IMG/VR virus record: IMGVR_UViG_3300028920_000001
Span: 124,001 to 188,000 of that record
Direction: 5' to 3' (one strand)
Length of the DNA stretch: 64,000 nucleotides
The first letter of the stretch is position 1; every line of letters begins with the position of its first letter. The notes under the pieces were generated by a model. That model made no database searches. It saw only the letters and a program-made list of their open reading frames with translations, and was not told the DNA's origin. Position numbers and translations under genes: made by a program. Of the stretch, positions 54,625 through 62,405 are shown in pieces.

Positions 54625-55311
54625 TTAAGTTTCGAGAATATCCCCGATGACGAAGGTCTGTACGGCTCGCTTCATCGTATCATCACCGAGCCATGAGTAC
54701 TTCATCATGAGATTCTTAATCGATTCACAAGCAAACTGAGCCTGGGCTTCCTTTCTGGCTTGAAGCAAATCCTCAGACTTGCGCAATTTGATGATTTGAT
54801 TATAGAGGCGTTCCTTAGCAGCTTGAAACTCAGGAGCTTTTCGAATGATTTCATCCCAAAGCCACACGCCGAATGAAGGGATGTTAGCTTTCCCAGATTT
54901 ATAGGAAAATTCCTTTCCTTTCAAACAAACTTCCTTCAGGCAGTTAAAAGTGGGAACACCCTTATCTTTTCCAAGGCGAGAATGAACTACAGCTGTAGCA
55001 TCACTACTATTACCATCGTCAGATTCATGAAGAAGTTTATCTCGAGCCAATGCAATATTATCAGGCTGAATATTACTCAAAGTATCATCATCAAATGATT
55101 GAGAAATGGTGAACCTATCTCCAACAAACTTGAATTTGGTATGCACCTGCATTGAGGCTTCTCCAGTGCCCCATGCACCAGCTACCTCAAAAGTATAACT
55201 AACTACATTCAAAGTCTGAAGCTGATGTAGAATCCGATCCTGCAAAGCCTGTCCATCTGCAGTCTTCAACAACCTGGGGTACACCTTATTCGTGTAACTA
55301 GATGATGCCAC
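54625..55311 (-). CDS. hypothetical protein, variant motif
   Basis: Ends VIGDILET*; start moved to GTG 55311 after GGAGG and promoter. Confidence 0.8.
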   Translation of the reverse strand: MASSSYTNKVYPRLLKTADGQALQDRILHQLQTLNVVSYTFEVAGAWGTGEASMQVHTKFKFVGDRFTISQSFDDDTLSNIQPDNIALARDKLLHESDDGNSSDATAVVHSRLGKDKGVPTFNCLKEVCLKGKEFSYKSGKANIPSFGVWLWDEIIRKAPEFQAAKERLYNQIIKLRKSEDLLQARKEAQAQFACESIKNLMMKYSWLGDDTMKRAVQTFVIGDILET

Positions 55312-55327
55312 TATTACCTCCGATCCT

Positions 55328-55355
55328 GGATACGCAGGACGGCTAGCAATTTGCG
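55328..55355 (-). promoter_or_regulatory. phage promoter-like motif with shared leader
   Basis: CGCAAA-N13-TGCGTATCC followed by AGGATCGGAGGTA. Confidence 0.6.
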
Positions 55356-55401
55356 ATCCTAATGAACTCAAATATTCATCATTTTTTCTACAAGAAATGT
55401 G

Positions 55402-56400
55402 CTACCAGCGACCGTGCCCACACATCATATACATCATCATCGGATGGTAGCCGCCACGATCTTTTCCCGAGATGAAATCCCTTGCCATCTTCTCTGGATC
55501 CAGGGTCCATGATTCTGAAAGTTTTTTGATGAACTGCTCCTTATCCACCTCCGGGAAGGCCCGAAGATATTCACGAATGGTGTATGCGTCATTAACCTTA
55601 GTCATGTACTCATGCAAAGCTGTGACAGCAGCACCACCAATTTTCTTCAGCAGCTCAATATATTCCGAAGCCTTATGTCTTCCAAGGTGCTTCTCGAACC
55701 ACTTTTCCCAAAACTCAGGACGATTAAGTGATGGGACTCGTTCCAGAATATCGGAGAGTCGCTTTGTGCTTTCGACATTATCCCAATCACAACCCAACAG
55801 ACGAGCTTCCAAAGCCCTGGTACCTCTTGAATCATACTGTAGGGGAGACGGTCTTTCATCATTGAGACGAGCATCGAGATAAAAGCAAACTGTTTCGTGT
55901 CCAGCATGTCCCAAAATGACATCGTAAATCGAATCGAGAGACGCCCAGCCAAATCGTTCAACAGCAAATCGAGTAACTTCATTGATACCAGTCCAATGAC
56001 AATTACTAGGAACACTATGAGACTGCAAACTGTGAAGCAAAATCTGAGCCGAATCCTTGGCTCCGTGTTGAACGAAAATACCCAAGAACAACCAAAAAAC
56101 GTGACGGTTTTCCGTCAGTGGATAAGTGCTAGTCGGAACAGCACCCGGGTAAGCCTTGATAAGGCTCAACATGATGTACTCGTATTGATCGCGATCCGCC
56201 TCGATTAAATCAGTAACAACTTCACAAGCCTGGTCCAGAGTCAGATCCTTAGCTGTTTCATCATTCAACTGCTGATATAGCTTAGTACGATGTTCTCGCG
56301 CTGACTTCTGAGCCTCGGAAAAGAGCGTATAAAGTTCATTAACAGAATGTTTGGTGGTTTTCTTCGAAGACTTTTCGGTCTTGGTTGATCTCGGTGACAT
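55402..56400 (-). CDS. helical repeat-like hypothetical protein
   Basis: Start moved to leaderless MSPRST (56400); Met-rich C-terminus. Confidence 0.8.
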   Translation of the reverse strand: MSPRSTKTEKSSKKTTKHSVNELYTLFSEAQKSAREHRTKLYQQLNDETAKDLTLDQACEVVTDLIEADRDQYEYIMLSLIKAYPGAVPTSTYPLTENRHVFWLFLGIFVQHGAKDSAQILLHSLQSHSVPSNCHWTGINEVTRFAVERFGWASLDSIYDVILGHAGHETVCFYLDARLNDERPSPLQYDSRGTRALEARLLGCDWDNVESTKRLSDILERVPSLNRPEFWEKWFEKHLGRHKASEYIELLKKIGGAAVTALHEYMTKVNDAYTIREYLRAFPEVDKEQFIKKLSESWTLDPEKMARDFISGKDRGGYHPMMMYMMCGHGRW

Positions 56401-56406
56401 ATGTAA

Positions 56407-56434
56407 AATTACGGCGGAGAACTGCAAATTTTCG
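56407..56434 (-). promoter_or_regulatory. phage promoter-like motif (divergent pair, left)
   Basis: CGAAAA-N13-GCCGTAATT, ATG 6 nt downstream. Confidence 0.55.
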
Positions 56435-56451
56435 CATGCTCACAGCCGGCC

Positions 56452-56479
56452 CGTAAATCAAGTTAATCCTGTCGTATCC
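56452..56479 (+). promoter_or_regulatory. phage promoter-like motif (divergent pair, right)
   Basis: CGTAAA-N13-GTCGTATCC, ATG 7 nt downstream. Confidence 0.65.
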
Positions 56480-56483
56480 TCGT

Positions 56484-57023
56484 GTGATGGCCTGTAATGT
56501 GCTCATTCATCGGCTTAAGACGATCCATAAATCCGCTTCTAAGAAAAATTATGTGGTTAAAACTAATGCGTGTGGATGCAAGACTCATCGCATTCTAGTG
56601 GTAGACATTACACGAGGATATATCTCAGAAAAAGTAGATCTCACTCTTCAATTTGAATTATGTAAAGCTCATGCTGCAAAATTGGAACGTGAAGGGATTA
56701 ACTTTTTCAATAATCCAGAAGTAACTAATCAAACTAACAATCCTCAAGCACTAAAGGAATACTTTTCGAGTCCTGGTCATCGATATCGTCGTCATGTTTT
56801 TCGAAATTGGTATCGCATTTCCAGTATCAACTCTTATGAAATGACACCCATTGAGGATACGACTATTCCATCAAAACGAATTCAAAGACGGAATGCAGTT
56901 AAGGACCGGATCAAGCGTATGATGGACCAATCCAACACGAAGCTATTGACCGACCAGGATTGGTATGATGCTATGGAACTCGCTCTTAAAGAACATATGA
57001 TCGAACAAGTTATGAAATCCTAA
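56484..57023 (+). CDS. hypothetical protein, extended C-terminal motif
   Basis: Ends HMIEQVMKS*. Confidence 0.8.
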   Translation: MMACNVLIHRLKTIHKSASKKNYVVKTNACGCKTHRILVVDITRGYISEKVDLTLQFELCKAHAAKLEREGINFFNNPEVTNQTNNPQALKEYFSSPGHRYRRHVFRNWYRISSINSYEMTPIEDTTIPSKRIQRRNAVKDRIKRMMDQSNTKLLTDQDWYDAMELALKEHMIEQVMKS

Positions 57024-57031
57024 GATCTATA

Positions 57032-57253
57032 ATGTCCGTTATAGGAGGTATAAAAAGAAAACGCTGCGTAGTGTGTGGTAAACCAGCCACCCGCTTTTAT
57101 ATAGGTAAATCTGAAAAAACTGGCATTAATGATGAGTATGTTTACTTTATGAGTCCACGATGCACAGCGCATCTTCCTCCTGCGGATAATCCAATGCAGC
57201 TGAAGGAATGCTCGAGGGAAGAAATTATAACACTTGAAGTAATGGAATCATAA
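57032..57253 (+). CDS. small CxxC/CxxH zinc protein, C-terminal motif
   Basis: CVVCGKPA...RCTAH; ends ITLEVMES*. Confidence 0.8.
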   Translation: MSVIGGIKRKRCVVCGKPATRFYIGKSEKTGINDEYVYFMSPRCTAHLPPADNPMQLKECSREEIITLEVMES

Positions 57254-57254
57254 A

Positions 57255-57482
57255 GTGTCACATTCTAAAAAATATATAGTTGTTAATTGTAATGGACGAG
57301 GATTACTTTATCTCAAAAGAATGGGAGAAGGAAACCGTGTATGGTCTTACAATTTAGAATTAGCACAAAAATATAGCCGTTCTCAGATTTATGAAATCAT
57401 GCAGCATAGATTGTGGGTACCGAATCGGTGGAAAATCATGAGTGAAAAAAGGGCTCTGATTTATACTATTATGAATACCTAA
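57255..57482 (+). CDS. hypothetical protein, C-terminal motif
   Basis: KKYIVV...LAQKY; ends LIYTIMNT*. Confidence 0.75.
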   Translation: MSHSKKYIVVNCNGRGLLYLKRMGEGNRVWSYNLELAQKYSRSQIYEIMQHRLWVPNRWKIMSEKRALIYTIMNT

Positions 57483-57488
57483 ATACGT

Positions 57489-57520
57489 CTGAACCCGGGA
57501 TCGAGGGAGCCCGGGTTCAG
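57489..57520 (+). terminator. GC-rich hairpin
   Basis: CTGAACCCGGG-N10-CCCGGGTTCAG right after the 57482 stop. Confidence 0.55.
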
Positions 57521-57578
57521 TACGTCTCACACTGGCGATAGCCAAATGTACTCATATTTTACACTAAGAATCCATCAA

Positions 57579-57606
57579 CGTAAATATTGAATTTTTACGT
57601 GTACAG
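57579..57606 (+). promoter_or_regulatory. phage promoter-like motif
   Basis: CGTAAA-N13-CGTGTACAG, ATG 8 nt downstream. Confidence 0.55.
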
Positions 57607-57614
57607 TAGACTAC

Positions 57615-58307
57615 ATGACTTCGGTAACAGATTCAGAAATAGAACAAGAGATTCAATATTTAGAACGAATTAAACGGATAGATCAACAGATAGATCAAAT
57701 TGAATGCGTAAAGGATAGAATTTATAAAGACCTCGAATCGGACATTAATCAGGCTTGTGCAGAAATAGCCAAATTGATTCGAGATGCAAAACCAACCACA
57801 GCCAGTGTCATGGCTGGAGGTTCTACCATCCAATGTAGAGTCCGGGCCCTTGGAAGAATTTATCGTACTTCAGCCTGTGACGAATGGATTCGGGATGCTG
57901 ATTTATCTGTTTGGGGTAAAAATTTATTTATTGGTACCATAATTAGATTGTTTAAATTAGACAATCATTCAATCATTGACCCTCTCAGGAAAAAGGCTCT
58001 AGATTTAGCTACTGAACGAATTCCTAAAATTTCTGGGCATTTTCAATTTACCGATCAAATCAACTCATTTTTAGAAAAACCTGAAATTTATCCTGAATGT
58101 GAAAAATTAGTTAAAGAAATCTACGCCAAATTTCGGGTTGTGCTCTATCAAGGCAATCTCGAGCAAAAGAAACAGGCACACGAATTAAGAAAAGCTCTGA
58201 AGAAACTGAAACCAATTTTACTTGATGCGCTTAGAGCTGGTCTTACAGATGAAGACCTGCAGACTTTAGTTGATGAATCTCGGGTTGAGATCGTAATGAA
58301 AAGTTAA
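57615..58307 (+). CDS. hypothetical protein, extended C-terminal motif
   Basis: Ends AGLTDEDLQTLVDESRVEIVMKS*. Confidence 0.85.
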   Translation: MTSVTDSEIEQEIQYLERIKRIDQQIDQIECVKDRIYKDLESDINQACAEIAKLIRDAKPTTASVMAGGSTIQCRVRALGRIYRTSACDEWIRDADLSVWGKNLFIGTIIRLFKLDNHSIIDPLRKKALDLATERIPKISGHFQFTDQINSFLEKPEIYPECEKLVKEIYAKFRVVLYQGNLEQKKQAHELRKALKKLKPILLDALRAGLTDEDLQTLVDESRVEIVMKS

Positions 58308-58708
58308 GCAGCGGCTTTCTTTTGTTTCTTGGACTCCAGTTTAATAGTGGTTTCATTTACAACCCACCAATCGCTAGCCTTCATTCGCTTCCCAAGATGG
58401 GTACAAATTTGGTCACTTACAAAAGTGGATGGTAATCCAGGTTTGCCTGAAGCAAATTGCCTGAGGACCCACTTCAAATAAGGATTTCCATCGGCGAACT
58501 GCTGGAATTCCGTGACATAATCGCGGGTTTCGCATAGCGCCCGGCCCACGTCGCGGTCAGAGAACGCCGGAAAGCCTGTCACGTCACGCTCCATGCCGGT
58601 TTCCTCGATTGTCAGGTCGTCAATTCCAGCTTCATTCAGCCAGAACTGGATAGCAGCAATTATCACTGCTTCAATGCTGCTAGTACTTTTCGCATAGATA
58701 TTTTTCAT
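58304..58708 (-). CDS. hypothetical protein, paralog of 45979..46407
   Basis: 134 aa. Confidence 0.75.
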   Translation of the reverse strand: MKNIYAKSTSSIEAVIIAAIQFWLNEAGIDDLTIEETGMERDVTGFPAFSDRDVGRALCETRDYVTEFQQFADGNPYLKWVLRQFASGKPGLPSTFVSDQICTHLGKRMKASDWWVVNETTIKLESKKQKKAAA

Positions 58709-58857
58709 ATCTTCGTCTTTCTAAAATTGGTTGTGGCCGGAATTGCGACTGAATCCCGCCGGCAGCGGCAAATCCCAGAATTATTCTTAAAACATCAGTC
58801 TTATAAAATTTATAATACCGATTATACCTGCCCAAATTTATTATACAACGACGGATA

Positions 58858-59157
58858 TCAGTCTGTCATCAAGGCATGAACCTTGGCCAGCGGTGTTAGG
58901 GCCTCGGCTAAAACAATGGCTTCAAGATGATCTAAATTATAATCGACAATTTCTTCTTTATGTAGAGATCCCCAATCAACCCAAACATTGAATTGATTAC
59001 CGAAGGTCATGAAATGCCAATGGTCTTTACGATCAATTATATCAACCAAATAATAACGCTCATTCAGTTTAAACTCAAATTCCCAATGTGTAACTTCCTT
59101 AGTTTCACAGAGTAGAGTGGCTCGGGTGATCATTAGCTGTAGACTGGTGACGTACAA
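58858..59157 (-). CDS. hypothetical protein, C-terminal motif
   Basis: Ends KVHALMTD*; start uncertain. Confidence 0.7.
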   Translation of the reverse strand: MYVTSLQLMITRATLLCETKEVTHWEFEFKLNERYYLVDIIDRKDHWHFMTFGNQFNVWVDWGSLHKEEIVDYNLDHLEAIVLAEALTPLAKVHALMTD

Positions 59158-59465
59158 TTATGTCCAGTTTTACCATCGTAAACAAGTTTAGTACCTTGCC
59201 AAACCTGGCAGTTGGCTGATGCAAAAGTGATTTCCGTGTATGGATTGCGACTTGCAATTATATGTCCGATCAATAGCGCCCGAATTGGCCTAAAGGGCCC
59301 AATCACATATGACTCATTACGCCGAAAAGGTGACGGCTCTATTATAATCACCACTTTGCGCTTAGGATATCGGAATGTGTGATAAATAGCAACCACACAT
59401 TCCGACAGTGGACCTGCGAAGCAGATCAGGAGAAACACGCCTAGGGCAATCGGGAAACCAATCAC
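59133..59465 (-). CDS. membrane-anchored hypothetical protein
   Basis: N-terminal hydrophobic helix; coupled to vWA gene. Confidence 0.65.
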   Translation of the reverse strand: MIGFPIALGVFLLICFAGPLSECVVAIYHTFRYPKRKVVIIIEPSPFRRNESYVIGPFRPIRALLIGHIIASRNPYTEITFASANCQVWQGTKLVYDGKTGHNCTSPVYS

Positions 59466-60934
59466 ATCTTCTGTGGTCGGAGCGGAGCAACCCGTCCGAA
59501 AGTGGGCTTGTAGTTTGCATGATACTGGGTCAGGACCCAGACCACATCACATTTCGGAGCCAGCTCCTTCGGGATCTCGCCGCAGTAACCATCCGTCAAG
59601 ACGATCACACAGTCGAATTCATTCCCTAGGTGCTGCGGGAACTCCCGGAAGAAATCGTCGAAGACGGTGCCTCCGCGACCAACGACCTTGGTTCGCTTGA
59701 GGTCTTCCATGGAGTCAATCTTGGTGACTGCATTCCAGTCCGGGCTGGCATCCACCGGGACGACGTATCCCTCTGTGTTGCCAAGGCACTTGAGCTGGCT
59801 GATGCCATACACCAGATCATCGTCACTCATGCTGCCAGAGGTATCCAGCATCGCCAACCACCGTGGCTTGTGCGTGTGACGCTTGGGAAGGTACTGACGC
59901 ATCCGACCGCGAGCCGGTGTGATCCAGCGCTTGCGATAGCGCTTGTAATCGTTTTGCATGCCAGCGTCCTGCACCTTTTTCATGCAGGCACTTCGCACCA
60001 GGTCGGTGAATTTCAAGGTCGGCTTGATCAATTCGCCGAGATAGTCTTCGATTTCAGACGGGACAGTGCCTCGCATTTGCACGGCCTGTTCGGCTGCACG
60101 CATCACATCACTCTGGACTTCCTGCTTGGAGACAGCTGCGTCCATGTGATTGTCCATAGGAGCCGGCAAGCCATCTCCATAGCCCTGTCCTGAACTAGGG
60201 TCAATCGGCGAGCCACAATGCGGGCAGCACATACCCTTATGGTCACAGTTCGGCCGGTTTTTGCACGGCCCTGGAGGATTGGGCTTACCCGTCTTGGGAT
60301 CGATGGTCAGGGCAGCGCACTCTGGGCACTTACGGGGAGAATTCTCCCAGTGCCTCATGATCTCGTCGTAAATCTGCTCCGGAGGCCGGCCATATTGAGA
60401 CACATCAGCATAGCAGCAATCGCCCTTCGGAATATCACCTTGGCCATCGATGAAGGCCAGAAGGTCCTTCAGATGCCAGGGATCCCCAATATTCCCGCCC
60501 CAAAGCTTGCCCTTGCGTTGGGTCTTGACGTGATCACTTTCGATACACGAATTGACCACGTAGTCCATCGCAATATTGCATTTGCGAGGCTCTGCCGCGC
60601 GCATTCGCTTGGGATGGAGAAAGATGATGTGATAGGACTCGTGCTGCATGATGATCGGACATTCATCCCGGGACAATTTGAACAGGAATTCCGGATTCCA
60701 GTAATATCTCTTACCGTCTGTTGCAGCAGTAGTGAGTTTCTTACCACTGGGTAGGGTATCTCGCAGCTCGTGCGGCTTCGGGGCAGCCAGGCTGAACAAG
60801 AAAGGGTTGCCTCCGTTTTCGGGCTTGCGGAACATGCGCGTCATGCACGACGCCACCTTTTCCTGCAGCTCGTACATCTTTTGAGCGTCAGACACCAGAC
60901 CGTTGGGATCTGTGAGGCGGACTCCGATTTGCAT
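59462..60934 (-). CDS. DUF2201-like metallopeptidase/vWA domain protein
   Basis: TAATDG, HESYH (HExxH), NIAMDYVVN; C-terminal MIDAS DTSGSMS and GRGGT; Cys-rich insert. Confidence 0.9.
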   Translation of the reverse strand: MQIGVRLTDPNGLVSDAQKMYELQEKVASCMTRMFRKPENGGNPFLFSLAAPKPHELRDTLPSGKKLTTAATDGKRYYWNPEFLFKLSRDECPIIMQHESYHIIFLHPKRMRAAEPRKCNIAMDYVVNSCIESDHVKTQRKGKLWGGNIGDPWHLKDLLAFIDGQGDIPKGDCCYADVSQYGRPPEQIYDEIMRHWENSPRKCPECAALTIDPKTGKPNPPGPCKNRPNCDHKGMCCPHCGSPIDPSSGQGYGDGLPAPMDNHMDAAVSKQEVQSDVMRAAEQAVQMRGTVPSEIEDYLGELIKPTLKFTDLVRSACMKKVQDAGMQNDYKRYRKRWITPARGRMRQYLPKRHTHKPRWLAMLDTSGSMSDDDLVYGISQLKCLGNTEGYVVPVDASPDWNAVTKIDSMEDLKRTKVVGRGGTVFDDFFREFPQHLGNEFDCVIVLTDGYCGEIPKELAPKCDVVWVLTQYHANYKPTFGRVAPLRPQKM

Positions 60935-60953
60935 TTATGATACCTCCGATCCT

Positions 60954-60981
60954 GGATACAACGCGCGATGCCTGATTTACG
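60954..60981 (-). promoter_or_regulatory. phage promoter-like motif with shared leader
   Basis: CGTAAA-N13-GTTGTATCC followed by AGGATCGGAGGTA. Confidence 0.65.
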
Positions 60982-61005
60982 TAGCCAACCCTTCCCTAAG
61001 ACAAG

Positions 61006-61027
61006 TGAAGGGCCAAGTGGCCCTTCA
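61006..61027. terminator. hairpin upstream of vWA promoter
   Basis: TGAAGGGCC-AAGT-GGCCCTTCA. Confidence 0.4.
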
Positions 61028-61490
61028 ACTCGGTTAGCTTTGCCGGTCCCGGTTTCACACCCTATCATTCAGGGCATTAGTGATCCAGAATCTGCCCTCT
61101 CTAAGGTCATCGGGAGCTCGCCTTAGAGCAATGCAGAAACCTATTTGGCCGAATCGGCCCATCTCTTTATGGAAACGTGTCTACCAACATCTTCCATATC
61201 TTCCGTTCTAATAATCCCGATTTCACCTTTATAATTAGCCAGGATTTATTCCCCATGATGCCGTTGGGAATTCACAACATGGTGATATAAATCCATCGTA
61301 GCCGAGTAGGCTGACTATTTAGGGAAAAGTGTCTGGTTTCATTGTTTTATCCTTTGCCACGCAGAGTTTGAGTCTGCCCACCATTTCACTAACTAACTTT
61401 TCTACTTAGGTGTTTTTCCATCTGTTGGGCCATCGTGGTTTCACCCAAAAGCGGAAAAGAACCGCAGCCTTGAAGGCATTCTAAACATGC

Positions 61491-61952
61491 TTATTGCTTC
61501 ATAATGTCCATAACCGCACGCATTCCTATTTTCTTAGCGAGAATGAGAGCGGATTTTCGCACTTTCTCCGGTCTGTTTCTTCGGAAGGTCTTCTTATACT
61601 GACAATGACCCGTCCAGTCGACCCCACCTTCCTCGTCTATAGGAAGGACATGAACACTTACTTTCTGTTTATCAAAATTTACAGTGAATAAATACCGATT
61701 TTCGTCCTTTTCAATTACGGCTCGATATCCCATCTGAATTCCACCAGGGAAAGAAGGAGGAGCCAGAACCAATTTTTCAATAATAATCACCCCGTAAGTA
61801 GGACGAGTCAGGACGCTAAGATAGGTTTGCCCAATCTCTTCCGCCCACTTGTCACCCTTTCCTGCCATATTAGATGTTACGACTCGTAGACCGAGACTTA
61901 CATTGTGTGATTCAGATACCTCAAGATTATTCCATATTTTGAGATTAACCAT
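61491..61952 (-). CDS. hypothetical protein, C-terminal motif
   Basis: Ends AVMDIMKQ*. Confidence 0.75.
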   Translation of the reverse strand: MVNLKIWNNLEVSESHNVSLGLRVVTSNMAGKGDKWAEEIGQTYLSVLTRPTYGVIIIEKLVLAPPSFPGGIQMGYRAVIEKDENRYLFTVNFDKQKVSVHVLPIDEEGGVDWTGHCQYKKTFRRNRPEKVRKSALILAKKIGMRAVMDIMKQ

Positions 61953-62374
61953 TACATACTCATAATTGCATTAACATGATCATGATTGATGAGATTTTCA
62001 ATTTCATCAGCGATTCTTAAGAGACAATCTCTTTCAAGCCAAAACCCATTTCGATCACCTTTTCTTTTGATGATCTGTAGATAGTATTCATTATAAAATA
62101 ATTCATTCTCCTGAGAATCATTTAAATGAGGAGCGTCAACTTTAATCCGAGGACCTCTGGTCTCTGAATTATCATATAGAATACCGTAAGCTTTTTTATT
62201 CACAGCAGTCCGAATTGTCGAAATAAATTCCTGAGCTCGTTCTATTTCGAAACGAAATTTATAATCAGGATGGCCAATACTAATTTGAATATAATCTCCC
62301 ATCCACAATACTTCCATTCGACCATAATCCCAGTGCTCCCAAGAAGCACCAACAGTCTTGTCGATGGAAGGCAT
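61952..62374 (-). CDS. hypothetical protein, C-terminal motif
   Basis: Ends HVNAIMSM*. Confidence 0.75.
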   Translation of the reverse strand: MPSIDKTVGASWEHWDYGRMEVLWMGDYIQISIGHPDYKFRFEIERAQEFISTIRTAVNKKAYGILYDNSETRGPRIKVDAPHLNDSQENELFYNEYYLQIIKRKGDRNGFWLERDCLLRIADEIENLINHDHVNAIMSM

Positions 62375-62405
62375 GTTTATGTACTCTTCATTCTCACAAT
62401 ACGCG

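Noticed and set aside
61030-61130. Hammerhead ribozyme (CTGAATGA...GAAAC on minus strand)
   Set aside because: The core has an extra base versus CUGANGA and stem II cannot be formed; the surrounding 61150-61480 looks more like a decayed ORF.
2315-62374. C-terminal motif as a by-product of Shine-Dalgarno sequences for coupled downstream genes (ATG GAR contains GGA)
   Set aside because: GGA-to-ATG spacing in ATG GAA TCA TGA is only about 3 nt; many copies use ATG AAA/ACN/AAT with no GGA; the motif persists at convergent ends and before promoters; and the -4/-7 hydrophobic pattern is unexplained. Coupling may still bias the last codon.
2315-62374. Integron-like attC cassette array
   Set aside because: No conserved inverted-repeat site between the ORFs and no integrase in the window; genes overlap directly (ATGA/TAATG).
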